64,000 bases of DNA from Bryobacterales bacterium (GTDB taxonomy: Bacteria; Acidobacteriota; Terriglobia; Bryobacterales; UBA6623), in NCBI GenBank assembly GCA_963422375.2, contig OY729427.2, positions 64,001 through 128,000 on the forward strand, given 5' to 3'. Each line of letters starts with the position of its first letter. Positions within the stretch are counted from its first letter, which is position 1. Below are positions 54,214-64,000 of this stretch, in pieces. The notes beneath the pieces were generated by a model. It was not told where the DNA came from, ran no database searches, and worked only from the letters and a program-made list of their open reading frames with translations. A program made the translations under genes and the position numbers.

Positions 54214-56329
54214 ATTCTATATGCACGGTATTCGGCTGTATTGGCCAGACCAAGTTTCTAACCGATGCAGAAGTCCGTAATATGCGCTCGAGAAACCACT
54301 ACGTAACTCGTTACTTCGCGAGACCAATGGCGGCGTATCTAGGGAACATATCGCAGCTATTGGACTTCGGGAAAGGAGTGACACTGAAGAAGAGTTTAGA
54401 GCTGGTTCGATAAATCTATTGAGCTGCACAACAACAATGGAACTTGGGGTAGATATTGGTGATTTGGATGCCGTGCTATGTAGGAACGTTCCGCCGGGTA
54501 TCTCAAATTACCTGCAACGTGTGGGGCGTGCGGGACGCCGAGGACAAGTTGCACTGGTGGCACTGACGGTAGCACGAAGGAGCAGGTATGATCAAGCTCA
54601 GTTTCATAAGTTGGAGAATTATCTCAATTCCAAGCCGCCTGCTCCCTATGTTACCGTGGACAACAGCAGCTTCTTCCGGCGTCATCAGTGTTCAACCGTA
54701 GTCTCCGGCTGGCTCGTGCACCGCTTGGCCGACCGGAGGCAGCTTGGGGCCCCTAAGCTTCGGGACGTATTGGGAGACGATCTAAGCGAAGAAGTGGAAA
54801 TGGCTATCTGTGGAGATTTCAAATTTTGGATTTCCGGTGATTCGGGGCGGGATGCGATTGCGAATGCAGAGGATTTGACCGAATCTCTGCCAAATGAACT
54901 GTCAGCGGTAGGAGTGAGAGGGACTGAGCTGGCTTCTCACGTTTGCAGTGTGATTCGTGGCTGGATCGGTGATGTTTCTTCTAGATAGAGGACGATGAAA
55001 CGAGCTGCTGATGCGGAGCTAATTGTCCAGAACGATCCGGATGCTACACAGTCTGAAAAACAGATATCTAGTCGGCGCCTTTCGGCTCGCCAGACTGATA
55101 TGAAACGCTATCTGGACCAGTTTCTAGTCGAATCACTATCTCGGGGTGCCGTGATTCCAACATATAGCTTTCCAGATCACTCAATTAGCCTCGAAATCGT
55201 CGAGTCGCATCAGTCGTTTTCTCGAGACGAACGTGCCCTAAGACTTGATCGCAATGCTGCACTGGCAATCAGTGAGTATTCTCCAAGCGCCGAGGTCATC
55301 GCTGGAGGCAGAATCTGGGTCAGTCGCGGTATTGTCCGGCGGAGTCCGGTTACGGGTGAGGAGAGCTGGGTACTGCGACGGTGGTATAGAGTGTGCCGGT
55401 CTTGCGGCCATCCGGAGATCCACGACAAACGAGAACAATACCACTCTTCCTGCAAATAATGTCAATCTAGCCCGAAGAGCTCGCCTCTGGAATTCATTGA
55501 GCCAATTGGGTTCCTTGCCTCGTATTCTGACAGAATGGGGCGAGACCTAGTAAGCTCGAAGCTTGGCGTTCGACACAGTAACGAGGCTCGGTTGCTGACT
55601 CCAGCAGGGATGTCGGACTTTCAAGAGACCGACTTGAAGGACGTGAAGACGTTTCTTGTCGTGGCTAATCCAAGGGATGGAGGACCACAGGGGCACATGG
55701 TTGTCATAAACAGAGGTCCTCATGGATCGGGATACGTCTGGTGTCACTGGTGCGAGTATGCTGAGTCCGTTCTTTCGAGGGTCAGTCGGTTTGGGAGAAG
55801 CGATGTTGAAGCGTTGCACGATAATCCGCGCACGGGGGAGCGCTGCCCGATTTCCCATTTGAAAAATCCCATCGATTGGGGCCATCTGTTTGAAACCGAT
55901 GTACGAATACTCTACTTTCGGCGAGAACTCCCTGAATTTGATAATCTCGCTCCCGAGATCGATAGCGATTTGGTGCGGGAGGGATTCAAGAGAACCTTAT
56001 CAGAGGCAATCCGATTGGCGGCCACTTCTTTGTTGGAGACTGCGAGTCGTGACCTGCGAAGCACTTTTGAGACACGAAATGGCCGTTTGTTCGTTGTGCT
56101 GTCCGATGTGATTTCTGGTGGAGCTGGATACTGCCGACGTCTAGCACGTGACCCGGGTGACCCCAGATTCTCCGCTTCAAAGATCGTAGCCCAAGCGATT
56201 GAGATTCTTGACTGTTCAAACAAGGAGTGCGTACTGAGCTGCACTCGATACCTGAACGAGTATTCGAATCAGATCTTCTGGGATAGTTTTGGGAGGATTC
56301 CCTGCTTGGAGTGGCTAAGTCACCTTTGA
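54214..56329 (+). pseudogene. DEAD/DEAH helicase with C-terminal DUF1998 (YprA/DruE/DrmA-B-like), 5'-truncated, low GC
   Basis: [56 protein letters not shown]..; ORFs 54419, 54995 and 55535 share one frame, split by TAG and TAA; frameshift ~54332. Confidence 0.87.
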
Positions 56330-56916
56330 TCTATTCCTTTCGTCGTCGGAATCTTTGTCTTGCACGGTAGGATGCCGCGAGAGCACGAGAGGTCTGATGC
56401 CTTGCGGGGCCTCGTACCGGAGAGCGTGTCGTCGCGAGTGCGACACGCGCTACCGTTCCACTCCACCTCTAATGTTCTCGTCGTGGTTCCCGTTGCCAAC
56501 GATGGGATGATGGTCCTTTCCGGGAATGCTTCTTGGCGAACGCACCGACCGTTCGGATGGCGGGCGGCGATATTGGTCCGATCGCTTTGATCCGTTGAGT
56601 GATGGCAAACTATTCTATTTTGGTTGGCGCGGCCTTTTCGCGGGCGTCAGTCCCAAGCGTGGATCAACGGCCGCTCCCGGAGACGGGTTTGCACTTGATA
56701 GGGCGGGAGAACCTTGCCCCGGGCACGGATATCACCGTTATCGAAGTTCACGAACAGGTCCGCAACAACAGCGCAGGGAGGCGATGACGGAGTCGGGCTG
56801 CATGGCGGAGCAGCACGCGGAGTGCCACCTCGGGCGCACCCAGCTCCCTCGTCGGCCCGAGGCGTAGACTTGGGAGTCGCTAGTCGTCAAACTGGAAGGA
56901 GCGAAACAGGAGGAGG

Positions 56917-58806
56917 GTGAATACGATGCGTCAACGCAAGCATCCGTGGTCGCGTCGGCGCCAGTGGGCACTGAGCGTCGCCTGTCCGATTCTGGCTTGG
57001 TCGACCCTCGGGTGCGGGACCGTGGACCGGCCCCGGGATCCCCGACCCAACGTGATCATCGTCCTTACCGACGACCAAGGCTACGGCGACGTTTCGGCGC
57101 ACGGCAATCCTGTTCTCCGCACTCCGAACATCGACCAGCTGCACGACGAGAGCGTCCGCCTGACCAACTTCCACGTCGCGCCCGTCTGCACGCCCACCCG
57201 CGGCGAGCTGATGACCGGCCTGTACGCCCTACGCAACAAGGCCGGTATGGTGCCATCCGGGCGCAACCTCATGCAGCGCGACATTCCCACCATGCCCGAG
57301 ATCTTCGCCGCCAATGGTTACGCCACCGGCCTCTTCGGCAAGTGGCACCTCGGGGACACCTATCCGCACCGACCGCTCGACCGCGGCTTCCAGCGAGCCG
57401 TGTGGCACAAGGGTTGGGGCCTCGCCTCCGAGATCGAGTACGACAACGACTACTACTACACGCGCTATATCGACCAGACCGAGACGCGCTACTCCGACCG
57501 CTTCTGCGCCAACGTCTGGTTCGACGAGGCGATGGAATGGATGGGCGAGCGGGCCGCGCAAGGAGAGCCGTTCTTCGCCTACATCGCCCTCAACACGCCC
57601 CACAGCCCGTTCCACGCGCTCGCGAAGGACTTCGCCCAGTACGGGGCCGCGTTGGAAGACCCGACCCTCGCGCACTTCTTCGGGCTGATCCGCAATGTCG
57701 ACGAGAATCTCGCCCGCCTGGACGCATGGCTCCGAGAACGACACCTGCGCGACAACACCCTGCTCGTGTTCATGAACGACAACGGCACATCCAAGGGCGA
57801 GATGTTGTTCAACGCCGGGATGCGCGGCAAGAAGGGCAGCCCGTATGACGGAGGGCACCGCGCGATCTGCTTCCTGCGCTGGCCGAGGGGCGACCTGGGC
57901 AGTCCCCGTCCGGTGAGCTACGCTGCGCACGTCACCGACATCCTCCCGACCGTCGCGGATCTGGCCGGAGTCGGCGTGCCGCTCGAGGCGGCGTTCGACG
58001 GCGCGTCTCTCGCGCCGATCCTCCGATCGGAGGTCGACAAGGGCCCGGACCGCATGATCATCGTCCAGTACGGCGGGCGAATCCGCCCCGCCAAGTACTC
58101 GCAGAGCGCCGTAATCTGGAACCACTGGAGACTCGTCGGCGAAACCGAGCTCTACGATCTCGCCGCCGACCCCGGGCAGCGGATCGACGTAGCGAGCGAC
58201 CATCCCGACATCGTGGAGGCCATGCAGGCCCGCTACGAGCAGTACTGGTCGTCGATCGAGGCGTCGATCAACGAGATCGAGCCGCTCGTGGTCCGCGCGG
58301 AGAGCGAGACCTACACCGATCTGACCTCGAACAGCTGGATCGAAGTCGATTGCGACAACCGCACGCGGGTCGCAATGACCTGCGGGCCGCCGCGCGGCGG
58401 CGTCTGGCAGGTCGAGGCGGAGGCGAGCGGGACCTACTTGGTGGATCTGAGACGATGGCCGTTCCACCTAGAACGCGCCCTGACAGCGGCCGGCCCCGCC
58501 TCGACTATCGGAGGCGTGCCCATCACGACGGGCAAGGCCTTGGAAATCGCTTCGGCTAGGCTGAGCGTCAACGGTAGGGCGCCGCTAGAGGCCTCCGCGG
58601 GCACGGACGCGGCCTCGGTTCGATTCGAGGCTTCCCTGCGCGAGGGCCCGAACACCCTGCAAGGCTGGTTCGTCGACTCGACGGGCAAGGATCTGTCCGG
58701 GGCGTACTACGGCAGGGTGAGCCTCGACTCGTCAGAACGGAGGGCCGCCAGATCGCCTGCTCCCACCAGCCGCGCATTGGCCGCCGGTGCCTCGGGTACG
58801 CCTTGA
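56917..58806 (+). CDS. Arylsulfatase-family lipoprotein with C-terminal beta domain
   Basis: PNVIIVLTDDQG, CTPTRG, GKWHLG, GKKGSPYDGGHR; putative lipobox STLG-C. Confidence 0.92.
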   Translation: MNTMRQRKHPWSRRRQWALSVACPILAWSTLGCGTVDRPRDPRPNVIIVLTDDQGYGDVSAHGNPVLRTPNIDQLHDESVRLTNFHVAPVCTPTRGELMTGLYALRNKAGMVPSGRNLMQRDIPTMPEIFAANGYATGLFGKWHLGDTYPHRPLDRGFQRAVWHKGWGLASEIEYDNDYYYTRYIDQTETRYSDRFCANVWFDEAMEWMGERAAQGEPFFAYIALNTPHSPFHALAKDFAQYGAALEDPTLAHFFGLIRNVDENLARLDAWLRERHLRDNTLLVFMNDNGTSKGEMLFNAGMRGKKGSPYDGGHRAICFLRWPRGDLGSPRPVSYAAHVTDILPTVADLAGVGVPLEAAFDGASLAPILRSEVDKGPDRMIIVQYGGRIRPAKYSQSAVIWNHWRLVGETELYDLAADPGQRIDVASDHPDIVEAMQARYEQYWSSIEASINEIEPLVVRAESETYTDLTSNSWIEVDCDNRTRVAMTCGPPRGGVWQVEAEASGTYLVDLRRWPFHLERALTAAGPASTIGGVPITTGKALEIASARLSVNGRAPLEASAGTDAASVRFEASLREGPNTLQGWFVDSTGKDLSGAYYGRVSLDSSERRAARSPAPTSRALAAGASGTP

Positions 58807-58865
58807 CCCCGCACCCGCGAACAGCGTACAGTGCCCATGCTGGAAGCTGGGGCGAGCGACAGACC

Positions 58866-61541
58866 ATGAGTGCGCCTTCCATCGCGGTCGCCATTCGAGC
58901 CGTCGCAGCGACGCTGGCGGCTGTCGCCTTTGCGCTCCCGGCCAGCGGCGCACCGGACTTCCGTACCGAAGTACATCCGATTCTCCTCAAGTGCCTGCCC
59001 TGCCACGGCCCAGACGAGGAGGCCCGCATGGCGAACCTAAGGCTCGACTCCATCGAGTCGGCGACCGGCCGCGACGGCGGACACGCGGGCTTGGTGCCCG
59101 GAAACGCTGCGGAGAGCCGGGTCATGGCCCGCATCCGCGCCGACCGGAACCCCATGCCTCCGGTCGGCGAGCGGCTCTCGACCGAGGAGATCGCGACACT
59201 CGAGCGCTGGATCGAATCGGGCGCGGGCTACGAGCGCCACTGGGCGTTCGATGCACCCCTCCGCCCCGAGCTGCCGCCCGTGTCCGACCCGAGCTGGCCG
59301 CGCAACGACATCGACTGGTTCGTGCTCGCGAGGCTCGACCGCGAGGGCCTGCGCCCCTCCGACCAGGCCGACCGGTACGTTCTAGCCCGGAGGCTCGCGC
59401 TGGACGTGACGGGCCTGCCGCTGATTCCGGCCGAGGCGGACGCATTCGCCGCCGACCCGTCCCCGGCCGCCTACGAGGCCTTGGTCGACCGCCTGCTCGC
59501 CTCGCGCGCCTACGGCGAGCGCTGGGCCCGCGTCTGGCTGGATCTGGCACGCTACGCCGACTCCATGGGCTACGAAAAGGACACCCTGCGCACGATCTGG
59601 CCCTATCGCGACTGGGTGGTCCGAGCCTTGAACGACAACATGCCGTTCGACCGCTTCACCGTCCTCCAGCTCGCTGGGGATCTCCTGCCCGAGCCCACCG
59701 AGGACGACCTCGTGGCCACGGGCTTTCACCGCAACACGATGACCAACACCGAGGGCGGCACCGACGACGAGGAGTTCCGCGACGCCGCGGTCAAGGACCG
59801 CGTCGCCACGACCGGGCAGACGTGGATGGGCCTGACATGGGGGTGCGCCCAGTGCCACTCTCACAAGTACGACCCGATCTCGCACGAGGAGTACTACTCG
59901 CTCTACGCCTTCTTCAACCAGACGGCCGACGCGGACACGAATGACGACGGCCCGAAGCTCGAAGTGGCCCCGGACGTCTCCACGCCCGTCCTCGAGGAAC
60001 TGTCTCCGGACAAGCGCCGAGAGACCTTCGTCCACCAGCGCGGCAACTACAGGAACCCCGGCGAGACAGTCGAGGCCGGCGTGCCGGACGCTTTTCACGA
60101 ATTCCCCGCGGACGCTCCCAAGAACCGGCTCGGGCTGGCCCGCTGGCTCGTTTCCGAGCGGAACCCCCTGACCGCGCGCGTAGCCGTCAACCGCGTCTGG
60201 GCCCGGCTCTTCGGAGCCGGCATCGTCCGGACCGAGGAGGACTTCGGGACGCAGGGCGCGCTGCCGACCCACCCGGCGCTGCTCGACTGGCTCGCGACGG
60301 AGTTCATGCTGGGCGGCTGGGACCTCAAGACCCTCGTCAAGACGGTCGTGACCTCCGCGACCTACCGCCAGAGCTCGGACGCATCGCCCGAACTCCTCCA
60401 AGCCGACCCGGACAACGAGCTGCTGGCGAGAGGGGCGCGCTTCCGGCTACCGGCCGAGATGGTCCGCGACCAGGCTCTCGCCGCCAGCGGGCTGCTCAGC
60501 GGCAAGATGGGCGGGCCGCCCGTGATGCCGTGGCAGCCGCCGGGCATCTGGCAGGTCGTCTACAGCAGCCGCCAGTGGGAGACGAGCCGCGGGGAGGACC
60601 GGCACCGGCGGGCGCTCTACACCCTGTGGCGCCGCACCTCCCCGTACCCGTCGATGACGACCTTCGACGCCCCATCCGGCGAGACCTGCACGGTCCGCCG
60701 CATCCGGACCAACACCCCGCTGCAGGCGCTCGTCACGCTCAACGACCCGACCCTCATGGAGGCGGCGCAGCTCCTCGCCGAACGCGCCCTAGCGGAGTCA
60801 GGGCCGGGCGAAGAGGAAGTCTTGGAGCGGCTGTTCCGCCTCGTGCTGACGCGCCCGCCGACTGCGGCCGAGAGCGCGCGGCTGCGGGACCTGCGCGCGG
60901 AAGCGGAGCGCGGCCTGGCGCGCGACGCGGCCGCGGCGGCCAAGCTCGCCAGCTATGACCGCGTGCTCTACACATCCGCACGCAGGCAGACTCTTGTGGC
61001 AGACTCGCGGAGCGAGGCTGCCGAATGGCGTTTCACGACCGAGACTCCCGCCTCGGACTGGACTAGCCCGGAATTCGACGACTCGCACTGGGAGTCCGGC
61101 TGGGGTGCGTTCGGACGAGGGGACGGCTACAAGGACAGCCTGAGCTCGGACTGGAGCACGACCGATCTGTGGTTGAGGATCCGCTTCGACGCTAGGGAGC
61201 CCGGCCTCGACGGCTTCCGCCTCGAGGTTCGCCATTCCGGGGCCTTCGCCGCGTTCGTCAACGGCGTCGCCGCGTCCGGGGACATCAACGGCTCCGGTAG
61301 CCATTCTCCGCATCCGCTACCTCCGGCGGCGCGCGCAGCACTCCGTCCGCGGGGCAACGTCCTAGGAATCCGCGCCACGCATACCGGCCTGACCGACGGG
61401 GCACGGAACATCGACGCGGGCCTTACCGCCCTGCGACCCCCAGAGCTCGAATCCGCCGGGACGGACGTCGTCGAGAAAGCCGCGTGGGTGGTCGCTGCGA
61501 ACGTCGTCCTCAACCTGGACGAAGCCCTGACCAAGCACTAG
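58866..61541 (+). CDS. DUF1549/DUF1553 planctomycete-cytochrome-c protein with C-terminal beta-sandwich insertion
   Basis: [54 protein letters not shown] insertion. Confidence 0.92.
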   Translation: MSAPSIAVAIRAVAATLAAVAFALPASGAPDFRTEVHPILLKCLPCHGPDEEARMANLRLDSIESATGRDGGHAGLVPGNAAESRVMARIRADRNPMPPVGERLSTEEIATLERWIESGAGYERHWAFDAPLRPELPPVSDPSWPRNDIDWFVLARLDREGLRPSDQADRYVLARRLALDVTGLPLIPAEADAFAADPSPAAYEALVDRLLASRAYGERWARVWLDLARYADSMGYEKDTLRTIWPYRDWVVRALNDNMPFDRFTVLQLAGDLLPEPTEDDLVATGFHRNTMTNTEGGTDDEEFRDAAVKDRVATTGQTWMGLTWGCAQCHSHKYDPISHEEYYSLYAFFNQTADADTNDDGPKLEVAPDVSTPVLEELSPDKRRETFVHQRGNYRNPGETVEAGVPDAFHEFPADAPKNRLGLARWLVSERNPLTARVAVNRVWARLFGAGIVRTEEDFGTQGALPTHPALLDWLATEFMLGGWDLKTLVKTVVTSATYRQSSDASPELLQADPDNELLARGARFRLPAEMVRDQALAASGLLSGKMGGPPVMPWQPPGIWQVVYSSRQWETSRGEDRHRRALYTLWRRTSPYPSMTTFDAPSGETCTVRRIRTNTPLQALVTLNDPTLMEAAQLLAERALAESGPGEEEVLERLFRLVLTRPPTAAESARLRDLRAEAERGLARDAAAAAKLASYDRVLYTSARRQTLVADSRSEAAEWRFTTETPASDWTSPEFDDSHWESGWGAFGRGDGYKDSLSSDWSTTDLWLRIRFDAREPGLDGFRLEVRHSGAFAAFVNGVAASGDINGSGSHSPHPLPPAARAALRPRGNVLGIRATHTGLTDGARNIDAGLTALRPPELESAGTDVVEKAAWVVAANVVLNLDEALTKH

Positions 61542-61545
61542 ACCT

Positions 61546-62991
61546 ATGAAACCCGCACGAGAGATCGCCCGGAGGCAGACCCGCCGCCACTTCCTAGGGG
61601 GATGCCAGCTGGGCCTCGCCTCGATGTTCCTGGGGTCCCTGCAGCCGACCGGCGCGGTGCCATCCAGGGCGATGGCCCCGAAGGCCCCGCACCACGCACC
61701 GCGGGCCAACTCGGTCATCTACCTGCACATGGCCGGCGGACCGTCGCAGCTCGAGCTGTTCGATAACAAGCCCGAGCTTCGGAAGCATAGCGGGGAGGAC
61801 TGCCCGCAGCACCTGCTCGACGGCAAGCGCTTCGCCTTCATCAAGGGAGTCCCGCAGCTGCTGGGCTCGCCGTACGAGTTCGCGCGGGCCGGGCGGGCCG
61901 GCACCTGGGTCAGCGAGCTGCTGCCACGCTTCGCCGAGGTCGCCGACCAAGCGGCGATCGTGCGCTCCATGACGACCTCGGAGTTCAACCACGCCCCCGC
62001 GCAGCTGCTGCTGCAAACCGGCAGCCAGCGCCTCGGCTCCGCCTCGGTCGGCTCGTGGGCAACCTACGGCTTGGGCACGGAGAACCAGGACCTCCCCGGC
62101 TTCGTGGTGCTGGTCAGCGGGAACAAGACTCCCAGCGCGGGCAAGAGCCTGTGGGGCAGCGGATTCTTGCCGTCGGTCTACCAGGGGGTCCAGTGCCGCA
62201 CGCAGGGCGACCCGGTGCTCTTCCTCAGCAACCCCGAGGGCATGAGCCGCTCCCTGCGGCGCAGCACGCTGGACGCGCTGGCCGACCTCAACCGCTTGGA
62301 GCAGCGCAGGTCGGGGGACCCCGACACGCTGGCCCGGATCGAGCAGTACGAGCTGGCCTACCGCATGCAGGTCGCCGTGCCGGAGGTCATGGACATCTCC
62401 AAGGAGCCCGATGCGATCCACTCGCTGTACGGCACCGAGCCGGGCCGGCTCTCGTTCGCGAACAACTGCCTGCTGGCCCGCCGGCTGGTCGAGAGCGGCG
62501 TGCGCTTCGTGCAGCTCTACGACTGGGGCTGGGACCACCACGGCAACGCTCGCCAGACGGACATCCGCCTCGACCTTCCCGACCGGGCCCGCGACATCGA
62601 CCGCCCGGCGGCCGCGCTGATCGAGGACCTCAAGCAGCGCGGGCTGCTGGACCAGACGCTAATCGTCTGGGGAGGCGAGTTCGGTCGCACGCCGATGCGG
62701 GAGAACAGGCAGGGCGACAAGACGGAGTACTACGGGCGGGACCACCAGCCCCAAGCCTTCACGATGTGGCTGGCCGGCGGAGGGATCAAGGGCGGCGTCA
62801 GCCACGGGTCGACGGACGACCTGGGCTACTACGTCGACAGCGACCCGGTCACGCCGCGGGACCTGCAGGCAACGCTGCTCCATCTGCTGGGCCTGGACCC
62901 GTACCGCCTGCACTTCCCCCACCAAGGACTGAAACAGCGACTGATCGGCCCGACCGACGAGGGCCGGGTCATCGAGGAGCTGCTCGCCTGA
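61546..62991 (+). CDS. DUF1501 protein (Tat-like signal)
   Basis: TRRHFL, VIYLHMAGGPSQLELFD, NHAPAQ, WDHH, GEFGRTP, GRDH. Confidence 0.92.
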   Translation: MKPAREIARRQTRRHFLGGCQLGLASMFLGSLQPTGAVPSRAMAPKAPHHAPRANSVIYLHMAGGPSQLELFDNKPELRKHSGEDCPQHLLDGKRFAFIKGVPQLLGSPYEFARAGRAGTWVSELLPRFAEVADQAAIVRSMTTSEFNHAPAQLLLQTGSQRLGSASVGSWATYGLGTENQDLPGFVVLVSGNKTPSAGKSLWGSGFLPSVYQGVQCRTQGDPVLFLSNPEGMSRSLRRSTLDALADLNRLEQRRSGDPDTLARIEQYELAYRMQVAVPEVMDISKEPDAIHSLYGTEPGRLSFANNCLLARRLVESGVRFVQLYDWGWDHHGNARQTDIRLDLPDRARDIDRPAAALIEDLKQRGLLDQTLIVWGGEFGRTPMRENRQGDKTEYYGRDHQPQAFTMWLAGGGIKGGVSHGSTDDLGYYVDSDPVTPRDLQATLLHLLGLDPYRLHFPHQGLKQRLIGPTDEGRVIEELLA

Positions 62992-63054
62992 GAGCGAGTT
63001 GATCGAGGCCGTTCCCGGCCGGGCGGCTTCGTTCCCTGCTCCGGAGGATCAGAG

Positions 63055-63912
63055 TTGCCCGCAGCGCGAGTGGGTCTGATCGGCATCGGACTGCTCGGCT
63101 CGGCCATAGCCGAGCGACTCCTGGCTTCCGGCGTCGCGGTCCACGGTTTCGACATCGACCCCCGCGGCCGAGAGCGCCTCGCCGCGGCCGGCGGCACGGT
63201 CGGGGAATCGGCCCCGGCCGTCTTCCGGGAATGCGCCGACCTGTTTCTCAGCCTCCCGGACTCGGTCGTCGTCGGAATCGTCCTGGACTCCATCGACCGC
63301 GCCTGCCTAGCCGGGAGGACTGTCATGGACACGACCACGGGCGCACCGCGTGACGCGGCCCGCTTCGGCCAGGAGGTAGCAGCCGCGGGCGGCTGCTACC
63401 TCGACACGACGGTGGCGGGATCCAGCGAGCAAGTCAGGCAGCGCGAGGCGATTGTGATCGCCGGAGGGGAGCGCGCCGCACTGGACCGGTGCCGGCCGCT
63501 CCTAACGTGCCTGGGACGGGCGGTATATCACGTGGGGCCGTGCGGCAGCGGCTCGAGCATGAAGCTGGTGTTCAATCTCGTGCTCGGCCTGAACCGGGCC
63601 GCGCTCGCGGAGGGGCTGTCCCTCGCAGAGGCTTCCGGGCTGCCCGTCCATACAGCGCTGGAGATTCTCCAAGCAGGCCCGGCGCACTCCCGCGCGATGG
63701 ACCACAAGGGCATCAAGATGATCTCCGGCGAATTCTCTCCGCAAGCGCGGCTGCGACAGCACCTCAAGGACGTGCGCCTGATGCTGGCGGAGGGCGCCCG
63801 TCACGGGTGCCGGCTCTCGCTGTCCGAGCAGCACGCCGCCCTCCTCGAGACCGCCGAGGCCATGGGCTTCGGGGACGCGGACAACAGCGCGGTGATCAAG
63901 GCGTACGACTGA
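63055..63912 (+). CDS. NAD(P)-dependent beta-hydroxyacid dehydrogenase-family oxidoreductase
   Basis: VGLIGIGLLGSAIA, DTTT, GSGSSMKLVFN, HLKDVRL, GDADNSAV. Confidence 0.9.
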   Translation: MPAARVGLIGIGLLGSAIAERLLASGVAVHGFDIDPRGRERLAAAGGTVGESAPAVFRECADLFLSLPDSVVVGIVLDSIDRACLAGRTVMDTTTGAPRDAARFGQEVAAAGGCYLDTTVAGSSEQVRQREAIVIAGGERAALDRCRPLLTCLGRAVYHVGPCGSGSSMKLVFNLVLGLNRAALAEGLSLAEASGLPVHTALEILQAGPAHSRAMDHKGIKMISGEFSPQARLRQHLKDVRLMLAEGARHGCRLSLSEQHAALLETAEAMGFGDADNSAVIKAYD

Positions 63913-64000
63913 GACCGGCCGGGCCCACCGTCGCAGCGGCGTACCGCTCGAACCAGCGCTCCAATTCGGAGGGGCCTGCCCAGCCGTCGTGAATCAGCAC

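Noticed and set aside
54986..55459. Stop-codon recoding (in-frame TAG/TAA)
   Set aside because: Different stop types plus a frameshift and truncation; other genes end normally at TAG, TAA or TGA.
40077..56329. Functional Druantia system (DUF4338 + DUF1998 helicase)
   Set aside because: DUF4338 is part of an IS4 transposase, 12 kb away on the other strand; both genes are broken.

Overview
GC-rich bacterial window. The gene content (sulfatases, DUF1501 paired with DUF1549/DUF1553 cytochrome-c proteins, TPR and alginate-export-type genes) suggests an Acidobacteria/Bryobacterales-like genome, possibly a host-associated MAG; this is inference. Roughly 20 kb is insertion sequence or IS debris: two IS1595 sub-types, ISNCY (ISDol1-like and ISMae2-like), an IS5/IS1182-like element, an IS4/Tn5-like element with DUF4338, and IS110 remnants. 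Main observations: (1) An ISDol1-like element and a 255-bp MITE have inserted three times, independently, into the TATATA inside the terminal inverted repeats of an IS1595 element, producing a four-level nest at 9190-15426. (2) Multi-copy IS genes are damaged by recurrent CTGG/CCAG->CCGG changes (W->R, L->P, Q->R), while single-copy pseudogenes show the usual G/C->A/T-type lesions; this suggests a repeat-linked, motif-biased repair or conversion process. (3) Two paralogous secreted proteins share a ~60-aa beta repeat I do not recognise (3 and 11 copies) plus bilobed TbpB-like barrels. (4) Two IS-truncated defence-like helicase pseudogenes are present. No rRNA, tRNA or CRISPR array was recognised. 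All family assignments are from motif recognition by eye, not database searches.
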